DNA of 64,000 bases from an uncultured bacterium (GCA_965368975.1 CBDUPA010000002.1:192001-256000), one strand, 5' to 3'; positions 11,365 through 23,903 are shown, counted from the stretch's first letter. Translations and numbers: made by a program. Notes: generated from the letters alone by a model not told the origin.

Positions 11365-13875
11365 ATGACCCAACGCCGCTCCTCCGGCTCGCGAGGCACG
11401 GGGACTACCCGACGCGGCGGACGACAACCGCCTTCCGTACGCCCACGGACGACGGCACGGAACACGCGCGGCACTGGAACTCGGAGCACGGGCGGAAGCA
11501 CCAAACGCCCGACCATCCGTACCGTGCGCCGGCGCCGGCCGCGCTGGCGGCGCTGGTTGGGACGCGTCTTCCTGGTGCTGTTGCTGGCACTCGGCGGCGC
11601 CCTGGTGTGGTTGCTGTGGCCCCTGTGGGAGATGTCCGCCCGCTTCAATAGTGCTGCGGTGACGCTGCAGCCATCGCGTCTCTACGGCCAGCCATTGCGT
11701 CTCGAGGTCGGCGCCGTGCAAGAGATCGCACACTTGACCGACGAGCTGGACGCCCTCGGCTACCGCGCCGCCACGACGCCAGAGGAACTGAGCGCCGGCC
11801 GTTACCTGCTGGAGTCCGACCGCCTGCGTGTGCACCAACGCTCCTTTCGCACCGTCCGCGGCCCGGTCGGTTCGACAGTCCTGGACGTACGCTTCGGCGC
11901 CAGCCGCGACGGCAATCCCGGCCGCCGCCGCGTGCGCTCGCTGCATTGGGGCAATCGCGCCACGGATCTAGCCTTCTTCGAACCACCGCTCGTGGCGTCC
12001 TACTACGGCCCCGAGTTGCAGGAGCGACGGCCGGTGACGCTGCAGCAGGTGTCAACCGAGCTGACCCGCGCGGTGCTCGCCGCCGAGGACGACAGCTTCT
12101 TCCAGCACTCCGGCCTCTCGCCCACCGGCATCCTGCGCGCCGCCTGGGTCAACCTCGCCGGCGGCGAAGTCAGCCAGGGTGGCAGCACACTGACCCAGCA
12201 GCTGGTCAAGAACCTCTTCCTGACCCCCGAGCGCACCTGGTCCCGCAAGGCGCGCGAGGCAGCACTGGCGGTCTTCGTCGAGGCCCGCTATGACAAGTAC
12301 GCCATCCTCGAGACCTACCTCAACGAGATCTACCTCGGGCGCAGCGGTCCGATCCACTTGCTGGGCGTTGGCGCCGCCAGTTGGGCCTTCTTCGGCAAGC
12401 AGCCGGCCCACCTCGACCTGGCCGAGGCCGCGACGCTGGCTGGTGTTATCCGCTCACCAGCCAACTTCGATCCGCGACGACATCCCGAGACGGCCCGCCA
12501 GCGGCGCAACATCGTGCTCGGACGCCTGGTCGAGCTGGGCTGGGTGACCGAGGACCAGGCAACGGCCGCGCGCGAAGAACCGCTGGTGGTACGCGAGCAG
12601 GCACTGCAGGCCCGGCGGGCGCCGTACTTCGCCGCCTTCATCGAAGCCGAGGCGCAGCGCCGCTTTGGCCTCGACGACTTGACGGACGGTGGCTACACGC
12701 TGTTCACCACCCTCGATCGTCACGCCCAGGAAACGGCAGAGCGGACCGTGCGTGAAGGTCTGCAGCGCCTGGAAGAAGGTCCGGAGAAGCGGCGTCGGGA
12801 CGGCGGCGATGGCCCGCTGCAAGCGGCCCTGGTGTCGGTGGACGTGAGCAGCGGGGCCATTCGCGCCTACGTTGGTGGTCGCGATTTCGCGGGCAGTCAA
12901 TTCGACCGCGCGTCGCAGGCACGGCGCCAAGCCGGCAGTACCTTCAAACCCCTGGTCTACGCCACCGCCTTCGAGGGCCGGGTGGTGTCACCGTCGTCGC
13001 TCGTGCTCGACGAGCCCCTCGAATACAAGGTCGGCGACAAGGTCTGGAGACCCGAAAACGACGACGGCGAGTACAAAGGCCTGATCCCCGCCCGCCTGGC
13101 GGTCGAAGAAAGCCGCAACGTACCGACCGCGCGCCTGGCGCTGGAGGTCGGCCTCGAGCGCATCGTCGCCCTGGCGCGCCAGCTCGGCATCACGACACCG
13201 CTGCGACCGCTGCCCTCACTGGCCCTCGGAGCCTTCGAAGTTGCCCCCGTCGAGCTGGCGGGGGTCTACGCGACGCTGGCCGCCGGAGGTGTACGCCACC
13301 AGGTGCACGGTCTGGAGAAGGTGCTCGACGGCCATGGCCAGCCAGTACCGACCCTCGAAGGCGCCGAGCTGGCCGCGCCGCAGCGCGTGCTGAGCTTGCA
13401 GTCGACGTACCTGATGACCCACGTCCTGCAAGGCGTCTTTGTGCGCGGCACCGCCCGCCGCGTGCGCAGCGAGCTGAGCGGCAGCCTTGCCGGCAAGACC
13501 GGCACCACCAACGGCCGCCGCGACTGCTGGTTCGCTGGCTACTCACCGACGATGGCAACCGTCGTGTGGGTCGGCTACGACGACAACAGCCGCACCCGCC
13601 TGACCGGCTCCACCGGTCCGCTGCCAATCTGGGCCGACTACATGGAATCCGTGCGCAACCCGGCCGGTTTCAGCACCTTCCGCCAACCCTCCGGCATCGT
13701 CACCGCCGCCATCGACCCGCAGACCGGCCAGCTCGCCACCGACCGCTGCCCCGAAGTGATCACGGAAGTCTTCCTAGACGGCGAGCAGCCGGCCGAGCAG
13801 TGCCAGGAGCATTACAGCTGGTGGCGCTCGCGGATGAACCGGCTTTTCGGCAACGATTCCCGACCTCCACCCTAG
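11365..13875 (+). CDS. mrcB: Class A penicillin-binding protein 1B (UB2H + transglycosylase + transpeptidase)
   Basis: AAEDDSF, QGGSTLTQQLVKN, RKAREA, YLNEIYLG; STFK, SRN, KTG motifs; N-terminal TM. Confidence 0.9.
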   Translation: MTQRRSSGSRGTGTTRRGGRQPPSVRPRTTARNTRGTGTRSTGGSTKRPTIRTVRRRRPRWRRWLGRVFLVLLLALGGALVWLLWPLWEMSARFNSAAVTLQPSRLYGQPLRLEVGAVQEIAHLTDELDALGYRAATTPEELSAGRYLLESDRLRVHQRSFRTVRGPVGSTVLDVRFGASRDGNPGRRRVRSLHWGNRATDLAFFEPPLVASYYGPELQERRPVTLQQVSTELTRAVLAAEDDSFFQHSGLSPTGILRAAWVNLAGGEVSQGGSTLTQQLVKNLFLTPERTWSRKAREAALAVFVEARYDKYAILETYLNEIYLGRSGPIHLLGVGAASWAFFGKQPAHLDLAEAATLAGVIRSPANFDPRRHPETARQRRNIVLGRLVELGWVTEDQATAAREEPLVVREQALQARRAPYFAAFIEAEAQRRFGLDDLTDGGYTLFTTLDRHAQETAERTVREGLQRLEEGPEKRRRDGGDGPLQAALVSVDVSSGAIRAYVGGRDFAGSQFDRASQARRQAGSTFKPLVYATAFEGRVVSPSSLVLDEPLEYKVGDKVWRPENDDGEYKGLIPARLAVEESRNVPTARLALEVGLERIVALARQLGITTPLRPLPSLALGAFEVAPVELAGVYATLAAGGVRHQVHGLEKVLDGHGQPVPTLEGAELAAPQRVLSLQSTYLMTHVLQGVFVRGTARRVRSELSGSLAGKTGTTNGRRDCWFAGYSPTMATVVWVGYDDNSRTRLTGSTGPLPIWADYMESVRNPAGFSTFRQPSGIVTAAIDPQTGQLATDRCPEVITEVFLDGEQPAEQCQEHYSWWRSRMNRLFGNDSRPPP

Positions 13876-13942
13876 AGTCAGCGCCTGCGGTAAGATCCAA
13901 GGTTCCCGTCACGTCGAAGATACGGGTGACGGAAACCACCTC

Positions 13943-16900
13943 ATGTCCCAAAGCAAGAAGACTTCCACTTCCACGGCACCCTCCCCGGCTGCAGGCGAAG
14001 GCCCAGCGACCGAGGCACGCCCCGCGATCGAGGTCAGAAAAGCCGAGACGCACAATCTCAAGGGCATCGACTGCAGCATCCCGCACGGCAAGGTGACGGT
14101 GGTGACGGGACCGTCGGGAGCGGGCAAGTCGTCGCTGGCGTTCGACACGATCTATGCCGAGGGGCAGCGCCGCTTCGTCGAGTCGATGTCGACTTACACG
14201 CGGCAGTTCCTACAGCAGATGGAGCGGCCACCAGTCGAGAGCCTGGACAACATTCTGCCGTCGGTGGCCTTGGAAGCGAAGAACAGCGTGCGCAACGCGC
14301 GCTCGACGGTCGGCACGATCACCGAAGTGCAGGATGTTCTGCGGCTGCTGTTGACGCATCTGGGCGAGGTCGGCTGCCCCGAGGGGCACGGACCGGCTCG
14401 GCGCTTCACCGCCGACGAGGCTGCGCAGCTGCTGGTGGATGGGGAAGTCGGGGAGCGCTTCTTGCTGCTGGTGCGGCTGCCTCGACCGAAGAAGAATGCC
14501 AACCAAGTCCTGCAGGAGCTGATCCGTCAAGGCTTTGGGCGTCGCCTGGCGGATGAGCTGGACGACGGCTTCGACGAGGAGAACAATGCGCAGGCCGTGG
14601 TGCGCATGCCGCCGAGCACGCGCTGGCCCAAGGCACGTGCTGAACTGGTTTTGGTGCTCGGACGCTTCCGAGCGCGCGAAGAAGCGCGGGGCCGCATCGC
14701 TGAGACGCTCGAGCAGGGCTTCGACATGCGCGGCGGCCAGCAGGGAGCGGAGGGTGATACCGCCGGGCCGACGGCAGGGCTCCTGGAAGCAGTAGGTGAG
14801 GCGGCAGGTGAAGACGGTAGGCGTTACTTTTCTCGTCAGCTCGGCTGCGTTCACTGCGGACGCGCGCTGCAGGCGCCGCAGCCAGCCTTGTTCTCCTTCA
14901 ACTCTCCGCTCGGCGCCTGCCCGGAGTGCCAGGGCTTCGGCCGCGTGGTCGGCATCGACCGCCAGCGCGTCGTGCCCAACCCGAAGCTGACGCTCGAAGA
15001 ACGGCCGATCGCGCCGTGGAACACGCCGGCCTACGAGGACCTCTACGAGCCCCTGTTCGCAACCTGCAAAGAGCAAGGCATCCCAATCGACGTACCGTGG
15101 CAAGAGTTGACGGACACGCAACGCGCCTGGGTGTGGAGCGGCACGAAGGCCGGCAAGCGACCGGGGCGGCGCAGCGGCAACCGGCACAGCGGAGAGTTCG
15201 TGAACCTGGACGGCTTTTTCGCCTGGCTGGAGAAGCGTACCTACAAGGTGCACGTGCGCGTGCTGCTGGCCCGCTACCGCTCGTACGAGCCATGCACCGT
15301 GTGCTCCGGTACGCGCCTGCGGCCAGCGGCACGGGCGGTGACACTCAACGGACGCACGATGCCCGAGCTGTGCGATCTGAGTATCGAGAACCTGCGCACC
15401 TGGCTGCAGAAGCAAACCTGGACACCGACGCAGCGGGCACGCGCCGGTCATTTGCTGGAGCAACTCACCGAGCGCGTCGAAGTGCTGTGCCGGGTCGGCC
15501 TCGAATACCTGACGCTCAACCGCCAGGCACGCACGCTCTCCGGCGGCGAGACGCAGCGCATCCACCTGGCGGCGTCGCTCGGCTCCGGCCTCACGAGCAC
15601 CCTCTACGTGCTCGATGAACCAACCATCGGCCTGCACCCCGGCGACAGCCACCGGCTGGTGAGTCTGCTGCGCGAGCTGGCCGAGCGCGGCAACACGGTG
15701 CTGGTGGTGGAGCACGATCGTACGGTGATCGAAGGCGCGGACTATGTGCTCGACTTGGGACCAGCCGCCGGTGAAGGAGGTGGCGAGATCGTGGCCGCCG
15801 GCAGTCCGGACGAGATTCGGACCAACCCAGCCTCGCTCACCGGTCGCTACCTGCACCACCGCGCCCCAACACCGGCACGCAAGCACTTGCAGCGCTTCCG
15901 CCGCGAGCGCGGCCTAGGCTCGCTGGAAGTCGACCTCGAGACACGGCCGCAGATCGAGATCGTCGGTGCCCAAGCGCACAACCTGCGCGGCATCGATGTG
16001 CACTTTCCGAAGGGCACGCTGGTGGCGGTCACGGGCGTCTCGGGCTCGGGCAAGTCGACGCTGATCGAGAACGTGCTTCACGGCACCTACCAGCGCAGCC
16101 GCGGCGTGGTGGACGTGGAACCGGGCGAATGCAAGGCGCTGCACGGCCTCGACGACCTGGCTGACATCACACTCGTCGACCAGCAGCCGATCGGCCGCTC
16201 GACGCGCTCGAATCCGATCACCTACGTCGGTGCCTACGACGAGATCCGCAAGCTCTTCGCCGCCACTGCCGACGCCAAGCGCGGCGGCATCGCCGCCGGC
16301 CATTTCTCCTTCAACACCGATCGCGGCCGCTGCCCCGAGTGCAAGGGCACCGGCGTCACCGAAGTCGACATGCACTTCATGGCCGCGGTGACCGTCTGCT
16401 GCGAGAGATGCCAGGGCCACCGCTTCCGGCCCGAGGTGCTGGCCGTACGCCTCGTGGGCCGCAACATTTCGGAAGTCCTCGACTTGAGCGTCGATGCCGC
16501 GGTCGAACTGTTCAGCGAGCAGAAACGACTGTGCCGACGGCTGCGGCTGCTACAGGATGTCGGCCTCGGCTATTTGCGGCTCGGGCAGCCGACTTCGACG
16601 CTGTCCGGCGGTGAAGGGCAACGACTGAAACTCGCGAGCTTCCTGGACCGTCCAAAGAAGGAACAGCGGCGCCTCTTCTTGTTCGACGAGCCGACCACCG
16701 GTCTGCATCCGTCTGACATCGACCTGCTGTACCGCACCTTGCGCCGGCTGGTCCAAGGAGGTGACACCGTGGTGGTGGTCGAGCATTGCTCCGACCTCAT
16801 CGTGCACGCAGACTGGATCGTCGACCTGGGCCCCGGCGGTGGTATCCACGGAGGCGATCTGCTGTATTGCGGTTCCTTGCACAGCTTCGTCGAGTCCGTC

Positions 16901-16969
16901 GACAGCCCGACCGCCGTCGAACTGCGCCGCTTCCTCGGCGGTCTACCACCCGGCTCGTCAGCCTCCTGA
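13943..16969 (+). CDS. uvrA: Excinuclease ABC subunit A (UvrA, probably second paralog)
   Basis: HNLK, TGPSGAGKSSLAFDTIYAEGQRRFVES, FSFNSP..GACPEC, two LSGGE, DEPT, Zn fingers. Confidence 0.93.
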   Translation: MSQSKKTSTSTAPSPAAGEGPATEARPAIEVRKAETHNLKGIDCSIPHGKVTVVTGPSGAGKSSLAFDTIYAEGQRRFVESMSTYTRQFLQQMERPPVESLDNILPSVALEAKNSVRNARSTVGTITEVQDVLRLLLTHLGEVGCPEGHGPARRFTADEAAQLLVDGEVGERFLLLVRLPRPKKNANQVLQELIRQGFGRRLADELDDGFDEENNAQAVVRMPPSTRWPKARAELVLVLGRFRAREEARGRIAETLEQGFDMRGGQQGAEGDTAGPTAGLLEAVGEAAGEDGRRYFSRQLGCVHCGRALQAPQPALFSFNSPLGACPECQGFGRVVGIDRQRVVPNPKLTLEERPIAPWNTPAYEDLYEPLFATCKEQGIPIDVPWQELTDTQRAWVWSGTKAGKRPGRRSGNRHSGEFVNLDGFFAWLEKRTYKVHVRVLLARYRSYEPCTVCSGTRLRPAARAVTLNGRTMPELCDLSIENLRTWLQKQTWTPTQRARAGHLLEQLTERVEVLCRVGLEYLTLNRQARTLSGGETQRIHLAASLGSGLTSTLYVLDEPTIGLHPGDSHRLVSLLRELAERGNTVLVVEHDRTVIEGADYVLDLGPAAGEGGGEIVAAGSPDEIRTNPASLTGRYLHHRAPTPARKHLQRFRRERGLGSLEVDLETRPQIEIVGAQAHNLRGIDVHFPKGTLVAVTGVSGSGKSTLIENVLHGTYQRSRGVVDVEPGECKALHGLDDLADITLVDQQPIGRSTRSNPITYVGAYDEIRKLFAATADAKRGGIAAGHFSFNTDRGRCPECKGTGVTEVDMHFMAAVTVCCERCQGHRFRPEVLAVRLVGRNISEVLDLSVDAAVELFSEQKRLCRRLRLLQDVGLGYLRLGQPTSTLSGGEGQRLKLASFLDRPKKEQRRLFLFDEPTTGLHPSDIDLLYRTLRRLVQGGDTVVVVEHCSDLIVHADWIVDLGPGGGIHGGDLLYCGSLHSFVESVDSPTAVELRRFLGGLPPGSSAS

Positions 16970-17037
16970 CACGACCCTGGCCCAGGTCTTGAGGGCATGC
17001 TATTCTTTGCACAACCTCGGAGGTTGCCAATAACGTC

Positions 17038-18558
17038 TTGTCAAGGGAGGACGGTACCATCTCCGGCCCAAAGAAATACTTCCTCGAAGCTAACGGTCGT
17101 CAGCTGGCGCTTCAGGAGGGAGACATCATTGTTGGACGCAGTCGCAACTGCAATCTGGTGCTCAAGGATCCGAGTGCCAGCCGCAATCATGCGCTGCTGA
17201 TCGTGCATCCCGATGGTGTTCGGCTGAAGGATCTCAACTCCACCAACGGTACCTATGTCAACAATCAGCGACTCACCGAAGATCTGCCACTGAGCCCGGG
17301 TGACCGCATCTCGATCGGCCAGACGGAGATGGTGTTCGGGGCGACGGAAGATGTCCTGAGTTCGGCTGCCGAGGTGCCCGCAGCGGTCAAGCCAGCCGCG
17401 GGCCTGCGCCAGGAAGAGACGTCGGACGACAAGGTGCCGACGGCCCTCGGCCCCACGGCAGCGGCCACGGATCTTGGAGCCGGCACTGGGCTAGCTGCTA
17501 CTGGGTTGGCCGACACCGGAGTTGCCGACCTTGGTGCGGCTGGCATTGAGGCGGCCAGCCCTGGCGCCGCGAACACAGGCGAAGGAGCCAGGGTTTCACG
17601 CAGCGCAACGACGTCCGTGCTGTCGCGGAACTCGCGAGAAGCCGAGGCGGCAAGGCGCGCCCATGCGAGCGAGGGCGGCGGCGACGAGGCGGGTAGCCTT
17701 GGTTCCGCGACTCCTGGATCTACGACTCCCGCCGCCGGCGAAGCCGGCACAACGACCGGCAGTGACGAAGCCGTTGACGAGATCTCGGTCCTCGACGCAC
17801 TGGAAGAAGAGTTGCAACCGTCTCTTCCTCAGCCGGATGCGCCCGCTCCACCTGCTGACGACATCCCAGACTCGGGAGAGACGGTACCCGAAGACCCCGC
17901 TGCCGCAGCGGCGCCCCACGCGGTATCCGGTAACGGCAGCGGCAGTGGCGGTAGCGGCGAGTTGCTTCCGTCGCTGGACCTCGACGATTTCGACCAGGAC
18001 CCGGTCTCGACGAGCGGAGACGACCTGCCCAGCTCGAGTGCGGCCGGCTCCGCCATGGCTGCCGAGGCTACAGCTTCTTCGGCGACATCCTCGACAGGTG
18101 GCTACCGGGCCGACAGTGTCGTCTTCTCGTCCGGCCGGCAACGCGCCGCAGCCCGCGGCCCCATGCTCGAGCCGGCCGGCTTCGGCATTCGCCTCGCCGC
18201 GGCGTTGGTCGACTTTCTGTTGCTCGGCCTGCTGGGCGCTGGCGTGTTCTTCGGAGCCGGCGGACCGCAGTCGACCGCCGCCAGCACGCTGAGCAGCCTG
18301 GCAACCTGCGCCGGCGCGCTGCTGATGCTGCTGTTCGGCTGGACCCTGTGGGGCACCACGCCGGGCAAGCGGCTGTTCAAGCTCTACATCCGCCAGGACG
18401 ACGGCGCCGAATTGAGTGCCGGAAAGGCGATTCTGCGTCTACTCGGCTACCTGGCCAGCACCCTCGCCCTTGGACTCGGCTTTCTGATGATCGCGTTCAC
18501 CAAGGGAAAACGAGGACTGCACGACGTCATTGCCGGGACCTATGTGGGCCGCGCCTGA
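17038..18558 (+). CDS. FHA domain + disordered acidic linker + RDD membrane domain protein
   Basis: VGR..SRNHA..DLNSTNGTYVN (FHA); AGFGIRLAAALVD..TPGKRL..RGLHDVIAGT (RDD). Confidence 0.88.
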   Translation: MSREDGTISGPKKYFLEANGRQLALQEGDIIVGRSRNCNLVLKDPSASRNHALLIVHPDGVRLKDLNSTNGTYVNNQRLTEDLPLSPGDRISIGQTEMVFGATEDVLSSAAEVPAAVKPAAGLRQEETSDDKVPTALGPTAAATDLGAGTGLAATGLADTGVADLGAAGIEAASPGAANTGEGARVSRSATTSVLSRNSREAEAARRAHASEGGGDEAGSLGSATPGSTTPAAGEAGTTTGSDEAVDEISVLDALEEELQPSLPQPDAPAPPADDIPDSGETVPEDPAAAAAPHAVSGNGSGSGGSGELLPSLDLDDFDQDPVSTSGDDLPSSSAAGSAMAAEATASSATSSTGGYRADSVVFSSGRQRAAARGPMLEPAGFGIRLAAALVDFLLLGLLGAGVFFGAGGPQSTAASTLSSLATCAGALLMLLFGWTLWGTTPGKRLFKLYIRQDDGAELSAGKAILRLLGYLASTLALGLGFLMIAFTKGKRGLHDVIAGTYVGRA

Positions 18559-19714
18559 CGCGACCCCTCGACGGCTCCTGCTCAAGTTCTCAGGACACTT
18601 GCTGTTTGGTGCCGGCCTGCTGCTGGGAACGAGTTTGGTGCTTGCACCCAGCAGAGCCGTACGAGCCTCTAGCGCGCAGCCCTCTCCACTCCAGCAAGTA
18701 GAGAGCCAAAACCTGGCTGCCGCCCGCGCCGCGGGCACGTATCTTCTGCACCATCAGCGTCCGGACGGCACCTTCCAACGACGCTACGAGCCGCGTCTCG
18801 ACCGCGCCCTCCCCGGCCTCGACCCACGGCGCCAGGCGCTCACCTGCTTTGCCCTCTTTCACCTCTACGGTGCTACCGGTGATCCGCTGTTCTTGGCCGC
18901 CGGTGAGCAGGGACTGCGCCCCCTGCTAGATCACCTGCAGCCAGGGCATCCGGTGCAGCCCGGGTCCGTCGCCGAACCACAGCAGGTACGCTACCTGCAC
19001 GACCTGCCAGGCGTCGCGACAGCAGGCGCCAATGCGGCTCTGCTGCTGGCTCTGGTCGAGCACCACCTGCACACCGATGAGGAACAATGGCGCGCGACGA
19101 TGCAGGCACTGGCCTGGTTCCTGCTCGGCTTGCAGCAGTCCAACGGCGAGCTGCTCGACGCGCTCGAAGTGGAACCAGACAGCCCGCGGCACATCGCCTT
19201 GCCGGGCACCGGCTCCGCTGTGCTGGCACTGGCCCGGCTCGGGCAGATCGACGACGCTGGGCCATGGCGTCTCAGCGCCCGCCGCGCCGCAGTGTGGCAG
19301 ATGGCCATCCACGACCTCGGCCGTAGCGTCGACGACCTGCCGCGCGACGAGTGGCTGGTGTTGGCACTCGCCGAGCTATACCTGGAGGAAGACTGGGGTC
19401 GCCGCTTCTACATCCACGCGCGCCGTATCACCAGCGGTCTGCTGCGCGAGCGCACGCAGTGGCCCACCTGGAACCCTGACTGCCTCAGCGCCGCTCGAAC
19501 CGCGCGCGCCGCCGCCGCAATGGCAGAGATAGCAGCCGTCGGTGGCGACGACCCAGCTCCGTACCAACAAGCCACCGACGAGCTGCGCGCGCGGCTCCTT
19601 GCGTGCCAGCGTCCGGCCGGTGGCGTCGAGCGACGGCCGGAGCAGGGCGAAATCACCCTGCCGGCCGTCTATCACGCCATCTTGGCCTGGCTCGAACCCA
19701 GCCTTACCGAGTGA
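18530..19714 (+). CDS. Exported alpha/alpha-barrel (prenyltransferase/squalene-cyclase-repeat-like) hypothetical protein
   Basis: RRLL + hydrophobic signal; YLLHHQRPDGTF, FLLGLQQSNG, LLACQRPAGG QW-like repeats; start uncertain. Confidence 0.55.
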   Translation: MPGPMWAAPDATPRRLLLKFSGHLLFGAGLLLGTSLVLAPSRAVRASSAQPSPLQQVESQNLAAARAAGTYLLHHQRPDGTFQRRYEPRLDRALPGLDPRRQALTCFALFHLYGATGDPLFLAAGEQGLRPLLDHLQPGHPVQPGSVAEPQQVRYLHDLPGVATAGANAALLLALVEHHLHTDEEQWRATMQALAWFLLGLQQSNGELLDALEVEPDSPRHIALPGTGSAVLALARLGQIDDAGPWRLSARRAAVWQMAIHDLGRSVDDLPRDEWLVLALAELYLEEDWGRRFYIHARRITSGLLRERTQWPTWNPDCLSAARTARAAAAMAEIAAVGGDDPAPYQQATDELRARLLACQRPAGGVERRPEQGEITLPAVYHAILAWLEPSLTE

Positions 19715-19721
19715 GCTGGCG

Positions 19722-21401
<1,680 letters not shown>

Positions 21402-21543
21402 ACACCCTCCTCGGCGCGCAGGATACCCGATCTGGACCCTAGAAACCGAGCCCCATCGAACCTCGACCCAGAGACGCCAGCCTACAAACCGCGTGCTAAA
21501 GTACGGCGGCGAGCCGAATGACCCGAACCAAGGAGGAACCTCG

Positions 21544-22065
21544 ATGGCTTATCTCTCGACAAAGCGCGCTCTGCCCCTGGTGGTAGCGTTGATCTTGTGC
21601 CTCGGCGCAGCTGTGGCGCCCTCGTCCGTAGTCGCTGCTGCAGTAGACACCCCGGTGGCCGACAACGCGGATACCCCACAACAAGCCACTCCGCACCACG
21701 ACGTCAGCGTCGACGTCGCCGGCGTCACCGTCTTCGTCGACCCGGAGACCGGTCGCCTGCGCCAGCCGACCGCCGACCAGGCCCAGGCTCTGGCCAGCGC
21801 GCTGCGCCGGCACTTCACCGGCATGGACAAGTCGATCACCAGCCCCAAGTTCGAGCGCCGCGGTGACGGTACCCTGATGTATCGCTCGGCCCCCGAGTTC
21901 ATGAACTACACCATCGGTCTGGCATCACCGAATGGCGACACGACCACCACCTGCGCCCCGAACCTGGAGCAGGCGACCGCCGTGCTCGAGAACCCGCAGC
22001 CCGTGCTCGAGGCGGCCCGTGCCGCCGAAGCCGAGAAGCAGGCTCAGCAGCGGGGGGAGATGTAA
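21544..22065 (+). CDS. Small secreted protein (resembles 'post-PEP-CTERM-1' domain), cotranscribed with peptidase
   Basis: AGGAGG RBS, signal peptide, [25 protein letters not shown]; 3-bp gap to next gene. Confidence 0.7.
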   Translation: MAYLSTKRALPLVVALILCLGAAVAPSSVVAAAVDTPVADNADTPQQATPHHDVSVDVAGVTVFVDPETGRLRQPTADQAQALASALRRHFTGMDKSITSPKFERRGDGTLMYRSAPEFMNYTIGLASPNGDTTTTCAPNLEQATAVLENPQPVLEAARAAEAEKQAQQRGEM

Positions 22066-22068
22066 ACC

Positions 22069-23784
22069 ATGACCACGTGCACTCGAATCCTCCATCTGCT
22101 CGGCCTGTGTCTGCTGCTGACGCTGGCGGCACCCGCCGCCCACGTCTATGCCGGGGCCACCATCATCGTCAACAACGTCGATCCGGACGGTGTCGGCTTC
22201 AACGATCCGACCCCCGCCGATCCGGTGGGCGGCAACCCGGGTACGACGCTCGGCGAGCAGCGCCTGAACATCTTCCAGTTCGCCGCCGACGTCTGGGGCA
22301 GCGTCCTGGACAGCGATGCTGACATCGTGATCCAGGCCACTTTCACGCCGCTGCCCTGCAACGCCGCGGCCGCGGTGCTCGGTTCGGCCGCCACCATCAC
22401 CATCTTCGCCAACTTCCCCAACGCCGCGGTGACGGACGCCTGGCACCATGCGGCCCTGGCCAACGCCATCGCCGGCCAGGACTTGAGCCCCGGCCCACCG
22501 GACCCGGGCCTGCTGGTCGAGCCGTTCAACGACGACATCGTCAGCTTCTTCAACAGCGCCATCGACAACAACCCGGATTGCCTGCCGGGTAACTGGTACT
22601 ACGGCCTGGACCACAACCCGCCAGCCGGTGACACCGACCTGCTCAACGTCGTGATGCACGAGTATGCGCACGGCCTGGGCTTCGCCAACTTCATCAACGA
22701 GAGCAGCGGTGAAGGTGCCCAAGGCATCGGCGACATCTACTCCGCGTTCACCTTCGACACGACGGCCGGCAAGACCTGGAATGAAATGACCCCGGCCGAA
22801 CGGCAGGCCTCCGCCATCAACACCGGCAACGTCGTGTGGAACGGGCCCAGCGTCACGGCCAATGCACCTGCGTTCCTGGCCAATCGCTCGGTGGTCGAGA
22901 TCAACATGCCCGCTGGCATCGCCGGCATCTATGCGGGGCAAGCGGCTTCCTTTGGACCGCCACTGACCGTACAAGGCGTCACCGGCGACGTCATCCTCGC
23001 GGACGACGCCACCGACGAGCGGGCCGACGCTTGCGAACCGCTGGTCAACGACCTCACCGGCGCTCTCGCTCTGGTCGATCGCGGCGCCTGCACTTTCGCG
23101 CAGAAGGTGTTCAACGCCCAGACCGCGGGCGCAATTGGTGTGATCGTGGCCAACAACCAACCCACCGGCCTGCCGCCAATGGGAGGCGAGAGCCCGGACG
23201 TCACCATCCCGTCGATCGGCATCTCGATGACCGACGGTGACCTGATCAAGGCCAACCTGCCCGGTGTCAACGCGACCCTCGGCCAGAGTGCCGACTTGCT
23301 CCTGGGCGCCGACGACAGCGGCCTGGTGCAAATCTACTCGCCGAACCCGGTGCAAGGTGGCTCATCGCTGTCGCACTGGACCACCTCGGCGACCCCCAAC
23401 CTGCTGATGGAGCCCTTCATCAGCGATGACCTGATCTCCAGTCTGACCCAGGATCTGACCCCCTACCTGTTCCAAGACGAGGGCTGGCGCCTGGCCGACG
23501 ACGACGGTGACACGCTCCCGAACATCGAGGACCTGTGTCCGGCCTCGAACGCCAGCGCCACCGTGCAAATCGGTACCTGTGACTCCGGCGTCAGCAACGA
23601 CCAGATCCTCCTGGGCTGCAACCTCGGCGACCTGGTCGACCTGTGTGAACAGCTGAGCAGTACTCCCGGGGACTTCGTCCAGTGCGTGCTACGCCTGGGC
23701 AACGACCTCCGCGAAGAGGGAGCGTTGGACTTCTACAGCCGTGCCCGCCTGCTCAGCTGCGCAGCGCAGGCCAGCAATCCCTGA
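22069..23784 (+). CDS. Secreted PA-domain zinc metallopeptidase
   Basis: Signal peptide; HEYAHGLGF; PA domain ACEPL..ALVDRGACTFAQKVFNAQTAGA; SSLSHW, LLMEP; DDDGD Ca-type motif and Cys-rich tail. Confidence 0.88.
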   Translation: MTTCTRILHLLGLCLLLTLAAPAAHVYAGATIIVNNVDPDGVGFNDPTPADPVGGNPGTTLGEQRLNIFQFAADVWGSVLDSDADIVIQATFTPLPCNAAAAVLGSAATITIFANFPNAAVTDAWHHAALANAIAGQDLSPGPPDPGLLVEPFNDDIVSFFNSAIDNNPDCLPGNWYYGLDHNPPAGDTDLLNVVMHEYAHGLGFANFINESSGEGAQGIGDIYSAFTFDTTAGKTWNEMTPAERQASAINTGNVVWNGPSVTANAPAFLANRSVVEINMPAGIAGIYAGQAASFGPPLTVQGVTGDVILADDATDERADACEPLVNDLTGALALVDRGACTFAQKVFNAQTAGAIGVIVANNQPTGLPPMGGESPDVTIPSIGISMTDGDLIKANLPGVNATLGQSADLLLGADDSGLVQIYSPNPVQGGSSLSHWTTSATPNLLMEPFISDDLISSLTQDLTPYLFQDEGWRLADDDGDTLPNIEDLCPASNASATVQIGTCDSGVSNDQILLGCNLGDLVDLCEQLSSTPGDFVQCVLRLGNDLREEGALDFYSRARLLSCAAQASNP

Positions 23785-23828
23785 TCCAACCTGAGCCAGC
23801 GCCGAACTCTGTAGAGGCGCACCCAAAG

Positions 23829-23869
23829 ACAAAGGCCGCGACTCCGGACACCCGGATCGCGGCCTTTGT
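23829..23869. terminator. Bidirectional intrinsic terminator
   Basis: ACAAAGGCCGCGA...TCGCGGCCTTTGT between convergent genes. Confidence 0.8.
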
Positions 23870-23903
23870 GCGTGTAGCTCGACGCGCGCGGTGTCAGTGA
23901 GCC

